Assembly: GCF_000018105.1 (NCBI RefSeq)
Contig: NC_009925.1
Location: 4,170,001-4,202,000, forward strand
Direction: 5' to 3'
Length of the DNA stretch: 32,000 nt
Origin: Acaryochloris marina MBIC11017
Lineage (GTDB): Bacteria; Cyanobacteriota; Cyanobacteriia; Thermosynechococcales; Thermosynechococcaceae
Both the position numbers and the translations under genes were made by a program. Under the pieces are notes generated by a model that was not told the origin of the DNA, ran no database searches, and saw nothing but the letters and a program-made list of their open reading frames with translations. Below are positions 1 to 9,083 of this stretch, in pieces (position 1 is the first letter of the stretch; each line of letters opens with the position of its first letter).

Positions 1-1
1 G

Positions 2-475
2 CAAAAGGGCAATGCCTACTCCGAAATCTTGGCTCAGCACCAATATCAATATCAATTTCAAGGCCAAACGCTTCAAGTTGATATGAGCTATGTAACCGGT
101 ACCACGGGAGATTTACTCCGCTTTCTTGAGAGTTATCCCATTGCGGATCAAGTCCTCAAGCCACTGCCTAAACAACAGGTACGTCAGCAAGGCGCCCACT
201 ACTATGCCGTCTATACCTATGGAGATCGAGCGTACTTGAGTGCCTGTTTGGATCCAGGAGGATTCGCCACGGTTGAAGAAGGGCATTTTATCCACAATTG
301 GAATAGCCATTGGTATCTGCTAGGCCGAGACTATATTGACGATCGCTGTCTTTGGACGCATCTGTCGATGCCCTTGAATCAGCAGCCCCCTCAGCAAGTT
401 TTCTCTATTTTGGAATCAAATTGGTTATCCTGGCATGAATGGTGGCGAAATCGCATGCCTAACCTGAGTCTTTAG
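2..475 (+). CDS. Hypothetical protein, 5' end probably cut by the window edge
   Basis: The frame of the listed 29..475 ORF stays open back to nt 2 (QKGNAYSEI before LAQHQYQ), so the TTG at 29 is probably internal. The C-terminus is Trp-rich (SNWLSWHEWWRNRMP). It lies directly upstream of an HpsJ-family gene. Membership of the cyanoexosortase-A-system-associated family is only a tentative recollection. Confidence 0.5.
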   Translation, partial: QKGNAYSEILAQHQYQYQFQGQTLQVDMSYVTGTTGDLLRFLESYPIADQVLKPLPKQQVRQQGAHYYAVYTYGDRAYLSACLDPGGFATVEEGHFIHNWNSHWYLLGRDYIDDRCLWTHLSMPLNQQPPQQVFSILESNWLSWHEWWRNRMPNLSL

Positions 476-523
476 CAAGTGAGGTGGCTTATCTGTCCTG
501 TACTGTACGAGAACTGATTATCC

Positions 524-1234
524 ATGGCAAAACAACAACCTGCTGCATCGACGTCTGCACCGCCCAGTAAGAATCAGTGGCTGTCTACCTTTGTATTGCG
601 GATCGCGGGCTATGGTCTGCTGCTATTGACCTTAGTGGATACCTTGGCTCTTCTGATTCCGCCCCAGCTGCAAGATCCAGCCTGGGAATTAGAAACCATT
701 GGTAGCTTGGTTGAGCGGTCTCCCGTGCCGCTGATTGGGTTTGCCCTGGTTATCTCTGGGGGGCGTCGATTCCGCCAGTCCCTGGATCGGTTCTGCTTTC
801 AGGTGATACCTGGTTTAGCCATCATTATTGGCGTGATTTACTGTCTGATGATTCCTTTAGGAATTTCCGATAGCCTCCGCTTAGGGAGACAGAACCAGAC
901 CACGAGCGCAGCCTTGGTGAAACAAGCGGCAGACATTAAAAATCTGGAGCAGCGATTGAGTGAGGCCCCGGCGGCGGAAGTGGCGGAATGGGCACAAAAA
1001 TTTCAGCCGCAGTTGACGGAAGGGCGGGATCAAGAAACGATTAAAGCGGGTGTCTTAGGGCAACTCAAATCGAATTTGGCTAGCTTGCAAAGCCAGATCA
1101 ATCGAGCGTCTGGGCAACCGGCTCAACTCCGCAAACAGACGATTAAATGGTTAGTTGGCGCTTTGATTGCGGGGCTGTCTTTTCTTTATATTGGCAATAC
1201 GGCTCGTAAATTTCCCAATGTGAGAACGAGGTAA
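524..1234 (+). CDS. HpsJ-family membrane protein (hormogonium polysaccharide locus family)
   Basis: 236 aa. The N-terminal pattern LRIAGYGLLLLTLVDTLALLIPPQLQDPAWELETIGSLVERSPVPLIGFALV matches my recollection of cyanobacterial HpsJ proteins. It has TM segments at both ends and a coiled, Gln-rich middle. Confidence 0.55.
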   Translation: MAKQQPAASTSAPPSKNQWLSTFVLRIAGYGLLLLTLVDTLALLIPPQLQDPAWELETIGSLVERSPVPLIGFALVISGGRRFRQSLDRFCFQVIPGLAIIIGVIYCLMIPLGISDSLRLGRQNQTTSAALVKQAADIKNLEQRLSEAPAAEVAEWAQKFQPQLTEGRDQETIKAGVLGQLKSNLASLQSQINRASGQPAQLRKQTIKWLVGALIAGLSFLYIGNTARKFPNVRTR

Positions 1235-1236
1235 GG

Positions 1237-2628
1237 GTGTTAACCCCCACGGATCAATCCTGTTTACACCAACGAAGACACCAGCTAGGACAGCAGTTTG
1301 AGGGCCAAGCACTGCTCTGGTCTGGCGTTGCCCCTTCCCGAAACTTTGCTGCCAATCAGTTTCCCTTTCGTGCCAGCAGTCATTTTTTGTACTTGGCTGG
1401 ATTGCCCCTACAAAATGCGGTGATTGGCCTAGAGGCGGGTCAGCTGACCTTATTTTGGGATGAGCCCCACCCCGACACCGCCCTATGGCATGGTCCGAGT
1501 TTAAGTCGAGCCGAAATCGCGGATCAGATCGGGGCTGAGACTCACTTACCTCTCTCTGCGGTCTCCAGCTGGGCAAGCCATGCAGCCACCTTGCCTGTCC
1601 CCTCATCAGCGACCCATCAACAGCAAATCGAGTGGCTAGGACGCCCTGTTCCGCCGATTCAAGGGAGTCAGGATCAGGAGAGCAACCGAGATCATCATCT
1701 AGCGAATGCCCTCATTCAATTGCGGCTACAGCAGGATGAGTTTGCTCTGGCTCAGCTACGGCAGGCGGCCGAAATTACGGTGGCAGCTCATTTGCGTGGG
1801 ATGAGGTCAACCCTTAATCACACCTCTGAAGCAGCGATTCGAGCCGAAATTGAATCCGTGATGATGGCCCACCAATGCCCGACGGCCTATGCCAGCATTG
1901 TCACAGTTCACGGCGAAGTCCTTCATAACGATGCTTATCCCCATGCCTTGGCACCGGGCGATTTGCTGTTAGTGGATGCTGGGGCAGAAACGCCCTTGGG
2001 CTGGGCTGCCGATGTCACTCGAACATGGCCAGTATCAGGACAATTCTCGGCCACCCAGCGCGATCTGTATGACCTGGTCCTGGCGGCTCATGATGCTTGT
2101 ATTGCCGCCATCCAACCGGGGGTAGAATTTCGCGATCTGCATCTGTTGGCGGCTCAGACCATTGCCTCGGGTCTGGTCGATATCGGTATTCTCAAGGGCC
2201 AGCCGGAAGCCCTGGTAGAACGAGATGCCCATGCGCTGTTTTTCCCCCATGGGATTGGTCACCTACTAGGGTTGGATGTGCACGACATGGAAGATTTAGG
2301 AGACTTGGCAGGTTATGCACCGGGGAGACAGAGATGCGATCGCAGGGGGTTACGCTATCTACGTTTAGATCGGCCCTTGCGCCCCCAGATGCTGGTTACC
2401 ATTGAACCCGGCTTTTACCAAATTCCCGCCCTGCTCCAGAACCCTGACCTCCGCCAGCAGTATGGAGATTGTGTCAATTGGGATCGACTGGCTCAATTTG
2501 AAGATGTCCGAGGGATTCGCATTGAAGACGATGTTTTGGTAACACCAGAGGGATGCCAGGTCTTAACGTCCGCTTTACCCACCCAAGCCCCTGAAGTGGA
2601 AGCCTATGTACAAGGCTCAACGGCTTAA
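1237..2628 (+). CDS. Xaa-Pro aminopeptidase / M24B metallopeptidase
   Basis: 463 aa with a GTG start 2 nt after the upstream stop. Pita-bread metal-ligand motifs are present: LLLVDAGAE, HGIGHLLGLDVHD, TIEPGFY and GIRIEDDVLVT. Confidence 0.85.
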   Translation: MLTPTDQSCLHQRRHQLGQQFEGQALLWSGVAPSRNFAANQFPFRASSHFLYLAGLPLQNAVIGLEAGQLTLFWDEPHPDTALWHGPSLSRAEIADQIGAETHLPLSAVSSWASHAATLPVPSSATHQQQIEWLGRPVPPIQGSQDQESNRDHHLANALIQLRLQQDEFALAQLRQAAEITVAAHLRGMRSTLNHTSEAAIRAEIESVMMAHQCPTAYASIVTVHGEVLHNDAYPHALAPGDLLLVDAGAETPLGWAADVTRTWPVSGQFSATQRDLYDLVLAAHDACIAAIQPGVEFRDLHLLAAQTIASGLVDIGILKGQPEALVERDAHALFFPHGIGHLLGLDVHDMEDLGDLAGYAPGRQRCDRRGLRYLRLDRPLRPQMLVTIEPGFYQIPALLQNPDLRQQYGDCVNWDRLAQFEDVRGIRIEDDVLVTPEGCQVLTSALPTQAPEVEAYVQGSTA

Positions 2629-2806
2629 TCCATAAGACTTTACCCGCACTTCCTTCACTGTCGGATGAGTGGTTCTCGTAGAAAGCAGTTCTAAACATTC
2701 CGACTTCCTGGTACTTTGAGAAGAAGGCCTAAAGGCCACACCGTATCCTGGAACGTCAGACTCTCTTCTGGAATGTTCCATTGCTCCTTTCGACGCAACT
2801 GTATCC

Positions 2807-3973
2807 ATGCGAATTGCCTTTTTTACCGAAACCTTCCTGCCTAAGGTAGATGGAATCGTCACCCGCCTCTGTCATACGGTTGCCCATTTACAACAAAACG
2901 GTCACCAAGTTTTAGTCTTCTCACCCGATGGTGGTATCACGGAATATAAGGGCGCTCAAGTTCATGGGGTGTCTGCGTTTCCCCTGCCCCTCTACCCTGA
3001 ACTGAAATTAGCGCTTCCTCGCCCCTCCATTGGAGATGCCCTGACTCGGTTTCAGCCCGATCTCGTCCATGTGGTCAATCCGGCGGTGCTGGGATTAGCT
3101 GGATTGTTCTTTAGCAAGATGCACCACATCCCCTTGGTGGCGTCTTACCATACCCATCTTCCCCACTATTTGAAGTACTACGGCTTGGGGATGTTTGAAG
3201 GGGTGCTGTGGGAAATGCTGAAAGCAGGCCATAATCAGGCCCTCTTAAACCTCTGTACCTCGAATGCCATGGTAGAAGAGCTGGGGGAACAGGGAATTGA
3301 ACGTCTGGCCCTGTGGCAGCGCGGGGTAGATATTGATACCTTTCAACCAGAGTTAGCGTCGGCGGATATGCGGATGCTGCTCAGTCAAGGGAATCCAGAT
3401 GCGCCCTTGCTTCTCTATGTGGGCCGACTCTCCGCAGAGAAAGAAATTGACCGCATCAAGTTGATCTTGGATGCCATGCCCTCGGCTCGCCTCGCCTTGG
3501 TGGGGGATGGTCCTTATCGCCAAGAGCTAGAAAAACATTTTGCGGGTACAAAGACCTATTTTGCTGGGTATATGTCTGGCAAAACCTTGGCCTCAGCCTT
3601 TGCCTCTGCTGATTGCTTTATGTTCCCCTCTCGAACCGAAACCTTAGGATTGGTGCTCCTAGAAGCCATGGCTGCGGGATGCCCTGTGGTGGCTGCTCGC
3701 TCTGGCGGCATTACCGATATTGTCGAAGATGAGGCCAACGGATATCTGTTTGACCCCAGCAGTGACCAAGACTTTATCCAAGCGACTCAGCGCTTACTTG
3801 CTAATTCCGATGAGCGGGAAACCATTCGCCGCAATGCCCGAGTAGAAGCAGAGCGGTGGGGCTGGGCGGCAGCGACTCGGCAATTGGAAGGCTATTATCA
3901 GACGGTTCTGGAGAAACAGTCCACGTCTACCGTAACGAGGGCTCCTTCTTCTGCTACGGCTTCTTCTAAGTAG
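2807..3973 (+). CDS. sqdX: GT4 glycosyltransferase, SqdX-like (sulfoquinovosyl-diacylglycerol synthase type)
   Basis: 388 aa. The N-terminus MRIAFFTETFLPKVDGIVTRL, together with VASYHTHLPHYLKYYGLG, LYVGRLSAEKEI and ETLGLVLLEAMAAGCPVV (E-x7-E GT4 motif), closely resembles cyanobacterial SqdX as I remember it. Confidence 0.7.
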   Translation: MRIAFFTETFLPKVDGIVTRLCHTVAHLQQNGHQVLVFSPDGGITEYKGAQVHGVSAFPLPLYPELKLALPRPSIGDALTRFQPDLVHVVNPAVLGLAGLFFSKMHHIPLVASYHTHLPHYLKYYGLGMFEGVLWEMLKAGHNQALLNLCTSNAMVEELGEQGIERLALWQRGVDIDTFQPELASADMRMLLSQGNPDAPLLLYVGRLSAEKEIDRIKLILDAMPSARLALVGDGPYRQELEKHFAGTKTYFAGYMSGKTLASAFASADCFMFPSRTETLGLVLLEAMAAGCPVVAARSGGITDIVEDEANGYLFDPSSDQDFIQATQRLLANSDERETIRRNARVEAERWGWAAATRQLEGYYQTVLEKQSTSTVTRAPSSATASSK

Positions 3974-4026
3974 CGGCGTCTACCGCTCCTATGTCAAAAT
4001 AATTATCTGCAAATAGGTAACCCGCT

Positions 4027-5457
4027 ATGTTTGAAGCCCTATCAGATCGGCTTGAATCTGCCTGGAAAACCCTCCGGGGTCAAGACAAAATCTCGGAGTC
4101 GAACATTCAGGACGCCCTACGAGAAGTCCGACGGGCGCTGCTGGAAGCCGATGTCAACTTGCAGGTTGTCAAAGATTTTATCGAAGAAGTACGGGAGTCG
4201 GCCTTAGGGGCCGAGGTGATCACGGGGGTGCAGCCGGATCAGCAATTTATCAAGATTGTCCATGATCAGCTGGTCGAGATTATGGGGGCAACCAATGAGC
4301 CCTTAGCGGAGTCCAACAAGCCGCCCACCGTGATTTTGATGGCGGGTTTGCAGGGTACTGGTAAAACCACGGCAACGGCTAAACTTGCCCTGCATTTGCG
4401 CAAACAGGAGCAGACGTCTCTCCTGGTGGCCACGGATATCTATCGGCCAGCGGCCATCGACCAGTTGGTGACTTTGGGTGAACAGATTGATGTCCCGGTT
4501 TTTCAGTTAGGGACGGATGCCAACCCGGTCGAAATTGCCCGCCAAGGTCTGGCGGCAGCCCGGGAGCAAAATGTAGATACGGTGATTGTGGATACGGCTG
4601 GTCGTCTGCAAATTGACCCCGAAATGATGTCTGAGCTGGCGGACATTAAAAAAGCCATCAAACCAGACGAGACCTTACTGGTCGTCGATGCCATGACGGG
4701 TCAGGAAGCGGCCAATCTGACCCAGACCTTCCACGACCAGATCGGCATTACTGGAGCCATTCTGACCAAGATGGATGGCGACACTCGTGGGGGTGCAGCC
4801 CTCTCGATTCGTCAAATTTCCGGTAAGCCCATTAAATTTGTGGGGGTTGGGGAAAAAGTTGAGGCATTACAGCCTTTCTATCCGGATCGCATGGCATCCC
4901 GCATTTTAGGGATGGGGGATGTGCTGACGCTGGTGGAAAAAGCTCAGGAAGAGTTTGACATCGCCGATGCGGAGAAGATGCAGAAGAAGATCATGGAGGC
5001 TCAGTTTGACTTCACTGATTTTCTCAAGCAAATGCGATTGCTCAAGAATATGGGCTCTCTCGGTGGGGTGATGAAGCTCATCCCCGGCATGAATAAGATC
5101 TCCAACTCTCAGCTCCAGGAAGGGGAAACCAAACTGAAGCAGACGGAAGCAATGATCAACTCCATGACCAAGGAGGAGCGCAAAAATCCCCAGTTACTCT
5201 CTAACTCCCCTAGCCGTCGTCGCCGAATCGCCAAGGGGTCTGGCTATACGCAAAATGATGTCGGTAAGTTAGTGACGGAATTCCAGCGGATGCGATCGAT
5301 GATGCAGCAGATGGGGCAAGGACAAATGCCCGGCATGTCTCCTGCGGGAGGAGGCAATCCGATGATGGGCGGTGGCCGACCTAGTCGCGGTGGCTGGCGT
5401 GGCGGGATAGGCAAGAAGAAGAAAAATAAAAAGAGAAAAGGATTTGGTGATTTGTAA
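4027..5457 (+). CDS. ffh: Signal recognition particle protein Ffh
   Basis: 476 aa. It has the NG domain with P-loop GLQGTGKTT, plus DTAGRL and TKMDGD, a Met-rich M domain, and the basic Gly/Lys tail typical of cyanobacterial Ffh. Confidence 0.97.
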   Translation: MFEALSDRLESAWKTLRGQDKISESNIQDALREVRRALLEADVNLQVVKDFIEEVRESALGAEVITGVQPDQQFIKIVHDQLVEIMGATNEPLAESNKPPTVILMAGLQGTGKTTATAKLALHLRKQEQTSLLVATDIYRPAAIDQLVTLGEQIDVPVFQLGTDANPVEIARQGLAAAREQNVDTVIVDTAGRLQIDPEMMSELADIKKAIKPDETLLVVDAMTGQEAANLTQTFHDQIGITGAILTKMDGDTRGGAALSIRQISGKPIKFVGVGEKVEALQPFYPDRMASRILGMGDVLTLVEKAQEEFDIADAEKMQKKIMEAQFDFTDFLKQMRLLKNMGSLGGVMKLIPGMNKISNSQLQEGETKLKQTEAMINSMTKEERKNPQLLSNSPSRRRRIAKGSGYTQNDVGKLVTEFQRMRSMMQQMGQGQMPGMSPAGGGNPMMGGGRPSRGGWRGGIGKKKKNKKRKGFGDL

Positions 5458-5492
5458 GCGATCGCAAATCTGCATTGCATCTGCGTAAGTCG

Positions 5493-5533
5493 CTAACGCA
5501 CCCTGCTGATATGTCCCAATTCCTGTGCGTTAG
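5493..5533. terminator. Candidate stem-loop between convergent ffh and GNAT genes
   Basis: There is a perfect 9-bp inverted repeat, CTAACGCAC (5493-5501) / GTGCGTTAG (5525-5533). The loop is 23 nt, which is long. It is followed on the + strand by GTTGGTTTGGG. There is no clean U-tract. Confidence 0.3.
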
Positions 5534-5558
5534 GTTGGTTTGGGCGTGGAGAGGCCGT

Positions 5559-5999
5559 TTATAGGGTTAAAGCAAAATGATTAAACGTCTGATCCAGCTG
5601 ATAGCCCAGGGACTCATACAGGGCTTGAGCTGCAGTATTGGTCTTTTCAGTAGCTAATACTAAGCGTATCGCTCCGGTCTCTCGGCCATAATTGGCGGCT
5701 GTCTGCATCAATTGGGTGGCAATACCTTGCTGGCGATGGGAAGGGAGCACAAATAAGTCGTTTAAAATCCATACCCGCCCCATTGAGACGGAAGAAAAAC
5801 TGGGGTAAAGCTGGGTGAACCCAACGCCACTGTCTTCATCTATGGCGAGGAAGATGGTGGAATCTTGATTGCGAAATCGGTCAGCGATAAACTCCTCGGC
5901 TGCATGGACATTGGAAAGCTGGTGATAAAACACTCGATAGTGGTCAAATAACATGGCCACATCAGCAAGATGGTCTGTATTGGCTAACACGATATTCAT
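5559..5999 (-). CDS. GNAT-family N-acetyltransferase
   Basis: 146 aa. It carries the acetyl-CoA binding motif A (HRQQGIATQLMQTA) and a C-terminal AQALYESLGY. Confidence 0.8.
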   Translation of the reverse strand: MNIVLANTDHLADVAMLFDHYRVFYHQLSNVHAAEEFIADRFRNQDSTIFLAIDEDSGVGFTQLYPSFSSVSMGRVWILNDLFVLPSHRQQGIATQLMQTAANYGRETGAIRLVLATEKTNTAAQALYESLGYQLDQTFNHFALTL

Positions 6000-6018
6000 A
6001 TGAAGAGACTCGTATCAG

Positions 6019-6654
6019 CTATTTTGTAAAGCCTTGTTCTAAGAGGATTCTAGCAATTTTAGCTTTGTGGGCTGCTTCCCATTCTTCGAGGGATTGAGAT
6101 GCATCTTTGACGGTTCTTTTGTAGGTGATCTCGTAAACATGGGCTTGGTCAGCCACTGGAATAACGGCTATTCCCTCTTCGTCCGCAACGATAATATCTT
6201 GAGGATGAACGTGTACCCCGCCACAATGAATCGGTTTGCCCAGGGTTCCCAAGGTTTGTTTGACGCCGGGGATGGGACTGACCCCTCTTGCAAAAACAGG
6301 GAATTGGGCTGCTCGAACTTCAGCGATATCTCGGATCACACCATCAACGACAAAACCAGCAATCTGCCTCCTTTGGGCAATAGCACAGACATTCCCGCCT
6401 GAAACGGCATAGTCTACATTGCCGGCTTCGACGACGATGACGCTCCCCGCTGGGGCACGGTATATTGCGGCATGGAGCATCAAGTTGTCTCCAGGTGGAC
6501 AGCGTACGGTGTAGGCGGGTCCTGCAATTCTCGGCATTTGAGGCCAAAGTTCTTTAATGCCAATGTCCATAAACTGCTCGCGGCCTAAGGCATCTGCATA
6601 GGCTGTTGGCGATAGTTTCCTAAGTTCAGTGTAATCAGGCATGTCTCGTTTCAT
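6019..6654 (-). CDS. RraA-family protein (4-hydroxy-4-methyl-2-oxoglutarate aldolase / oxaloacetate decarboxylase-like)
   Basis: 211 aa. It shows a typical RraA/DlpA pattern: GPAYTV, GDNLMLHAAI, GSVIVV, SGGNVCAIAQRRQIAGFVVDGVIRD, and ADEEGIAVIP. It lies 19 nt upstream of the GNAT gene on the same strand. Confidence 0.8.
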   Translation of the reverse strand: MKRDMPDYTELRKLSPTAYADALGREQFMDIGIKELWPQMPRIAGPAYTVRCPPGDNLMLHAAIYRAPAGSVIVVEAGNVDYAVSGGNVCAIAQRRQIAGFVVDGVIRDIAEVRAAQFPVFARGVSPIPGVKQTLGTLGKPIHCGGVHVHPQDIIVADEEGIAVIPVADQAHVYEITYKRTVKDASQSLEEWEAAHKAKIARILLEQGFTK

Positions 6655-6895
6655 TCAAGTGTGCTTGAAGTCGTGGAAATGGGTACTCTAATTGCAGTTA
6701 GGCATTGCTCCAATAAGGCTTCTCCCCTTCTTTAGGTTGTGCGCTACTTTCTACAACCATGAATCTAACTTCCAGGCCGACAATCGGTCTTTACCCGATA
6801 TTCATACCAATCTCTTGTGCGCTAAGCACCGCAAAAGATTGAGAGCTTGTTATAGTTAAACGGCTTTGTAATACTTTCAGGATATTAAATCAGAC

Positions 6896-7804
6896 ATGAG
6901 GCAGTTTTCGCCCTTGACCATTATTTCTTACATCATTGGCCCCATTCTGATTATCGTTAGTCATATTGGATCATTATTACTCTTCAATACGGGATTATCT
7001 TTTGGTGCCCTGGCATGGATCGTATTTTTATATCTGATCCGTATGTTAGCTACCACTGGTATTTATCATCGGCTCTTAACCCATAAAAGTTATCAAGCGC
7101 CAGCCCCTGTTCTATGGATTGGTTGTGTTGTCGCAGCGGCGGCAGGACAAATGGGGCCGAGTTGGTGGAAAGCACACCACCTTACCCACCATAAACATAC
7201 GGATCAACCGCAAGATCCTCATTCTCCTTATTCCCCAGTCCAGAAGGTTGGGGGGGTTTATTGGTCTCAAGGGGGGTGGCTTTTATCTTCTACGTTTTTG
7301 CCTGATCAGTTACCGAAAGATGTTGAAAGTGACGTAGTATTACGAGTCCTGGATCGTCTCCACTTTTTACCTGTTCTAGCCTTGGCCGCACTGTCCTATG
7401 GAATAGGAGGTATAGAATATTTGGGTGCATTTTTCCTCAGTACAACATTGCTATTTCATGGTGTTCAAACTGTGAATTCTCTCAGCCATATTGTGGGAGA
7501 ACAACCTTTCGCGACGAAGGATCATAGCCGGAATAATTGGCTAGTTGCCGTGTTGACTTTGGGAGAAGGCTGGCATAATTTACACCATGCATTTCAAACC
7601 TCTAGTCGACAGGGTATTACGATCAAAGGGGGTAAGGTTCGGTATTTGCCTGACCCCACCTTCCGCTTTATTAAAGGGCTGGAATCTTTGAAGTTAGCCT
7701 CTAAACTCAGAGTGCCAACGGAAACCACTTTGTTGGCTCGCGCCAAGCTTGTAGGCGAGCCTACAAGCTTGGCAGCCATCGTAGAGAGTCCAGCGCATTC
7801 CTAG
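6896..7804 (+). CDS. Membrane fatty-acid desaturase, Delta9 (acyl-CoA/acyl-lipid) type
   Basis: 302 aa. Three His boxes are present in the canonical order: HRLLTH, HHLTHHKH and GEGWHNLHHAF. The N-terminal half is hydrophobic. Confidence 0.8.
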   Translation: MRQFSPLTIISYIIGPILIIVSHIGSLLLFNTGLSFGALAWIVFLYLIRMLATTGIYHRLLTHKSYQAPAPVLWIGCVVAAAAGQMGPSWWKAHHLTHHKHTDQPQDPHSPYSPVQKVGGVYWSQGGWLLSSTFLPDQLPKDVESDVVLRVLDRLHFLPVLALAALSYGIGGIEYLGAFFLSTTLLFHGVQTVNSLSHIVGEQPFATKDHSRNNWLVAVLTLGEGWHNLHHAFQTSSRQGITIKGGKVRYLPDPTFRFIKGLESLKLASKLRVPTETTLLARAKLVGEPTSLAAIVESPAHS

Positions 7805-7997
7805 GGGATGTTAATAGGCGTACTGGTGCTGTACCCTTGTCGTTTCTGATTATTGATGACTACTATTGGGTATGGCAGGTTGCCTTGAAAAAGGTTGGAA
7901 ATACTGCTCCATAAGCATCGCTGACGTCAATGTCTAGACTTTTTAGGAATATTGAATGGATGAGAGCTATCCAGCTTTCTAGAAGAGTCCAAAAGCA

Positions 7998-8210
7998 ATG
8001 ACTCTGAACCGCTTTGATCGAGCATGGATTCAGTGTCGCTTAAAGTCACTAATGGCGGATGGCAAGCCCCTGGAGGATGCTATACGAATCGCCTTTGTGG
8101 AGGATGGCATTGGTATGATGCCACTTTGGCCAGCTGTTCAATCGGTTGCTCAAGTCAATGCACGAGAGGCGAAGCGAATTGTTATACGGGCTATTAGACA
8201 TAGGTCTTAA
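7998..8210 (+). CDS. Small hypothetical protein (70 aa)
   Basis: Support is an ORF only. The composition is plausibly helical and I recognised no motif. Confidence 0.3.
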   Translation: MTLNRFDRAWIQCRLKSLMADGKPLEDAIRIAFVEDGIGMMPLWPAVQSVAQVNAREAKRIVIRAIRHRS

Positions 8211-8259
8211 GGCTAAACAGTTGGGTTGGTGGTCAAGCAAAACTCATGCTACTAGGCAG

Positions 8260-8693
8260 ATGACGCTGTTCTTCATGTGTCTTTTAGTACTGTCTGGGTG
8301 CCGACCCAGCGTGGAATCTAGAGGTTCAACTGTTCCACGTAATGCAAGAGAGAAGGCTATTTTTGATTATTTCTCTGCATTGCGGGAGCAACGTTATGAG
8401 GACGCTTATCAACTCCGTACCTTGAACCTTAGCCCGTCTTCTCCTTCCCCCAAAGACTTCTTGTATTTCAAGAAACCTATCAAGAAAACCATGCGCCTTT
8501 GGCAACTCAAATTGCCGTTGGTGAGGAAGAACGGTGGTATGGAGATGGCCCCTGTGCATACATTTATACCGTTTATGCTGTTGAACCAGGACATACCACT
8601 TTAGTGAATGGTATGGTCAGTTTGCATTCAAAACCTGATCAATCTGAAGCGTGCCTTATTGGTTATAACTCTGCGTTTGGTTTTTCTCCTTAG
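8260..8693 (+). pseudogene. Small lipoprotein gene interrupted by a frameshift (or sequencing error)
   Basis: The ATG at 8260 gives MTLFFMCLLVLSGC, a signal peptide plus lipobox Cys. This frame becomes non-protein-like after ...FKKPIKK and stops at 8604. A second frame, open from 8433 to 8693, reads HAPLATQIAVGEEERWYGDGPCAYIYTVYAVEPGHTTLVNGMVSLHSKPDQSEACLIGYNSAFGFSP. The switch is most simply placed at the A4 run at 8485-8488. Confidence 0.5.
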
Positions 8694-8720
8694 GGACATC
8701 TCCTATAGCGATGGGGGCTG

Positions 8721-9036
8721 ATGAATCCTCCTGTTAAAGAAGAACTGATTACCCAACTGGCAAAGCGTTTGGCTATAGAAGTTCTGTCGATTGTGCATTA
8801 GTTTGAAGCAGATCATCCTTACGATCAGATGTATGCTTTTGCATTGATAGCTCCTGCTGAAGGGACATGTATTGGTGTTGCGATCGCAACTGAATAAACC
8901 TGAGCAACAGTCGCTCAATCCTATCTCCAGAAAGGCTATCAGGCATAACAGGCGATACGCTTGCCTGACTACGTTGAGTCTACGATGGTCCAAGTTGGTA
9001 TTACGAATATTTTCCTGAACCGTTCTCGTTGCTTGA
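8721..9036 (+). pseudogene. Decayed DUF4303-like gene with several in-frame stops
   Basis: The + frame from the ATG at 8721 reads MNPPVKEELITQLAKRLAIEVLSIVH*FEADHPYDQMYAFALIAPAEGTCIGVAIATE*T*ATVAQSYLQKGYQA*QAIRL. A shifted frame further on contains LRWS. The pattern (YAFAL..., ...TEE..., ...LRWS) resembles DUF4303 proteins as I remember them. The first stop is the TAG at 8799-8801. Confidence 0.45.
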
Positions 9037-9083
9037 GCAACATCAAAACACAAAAAATTAATTCTATCTACTCAGTTTGATGT

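Noticed and set aside
1151-1606. A 151-aa minus-strand ORF overlapping the HpsJ and aminopeptidase genes
   Set aside because: It is Arg/Pro/Gln-rich and spans two well-supported + strand genes. This is a typical antisense shadow ORF in GC-richer coding DNA. The same reasoning applies to the many 60-140-aa ORFs antisense to mfd, ffh, sqdX, the P450 and the DMT genes.
8703-9053. The 116-aa minus-strand ORF from the track
   Set aside because: Its composition is odd and I recognised no motif. The opposite strand carries a much more protein-like frame that is broken by stops. The minus ORF is best explained as an artefact over a pseudogene.
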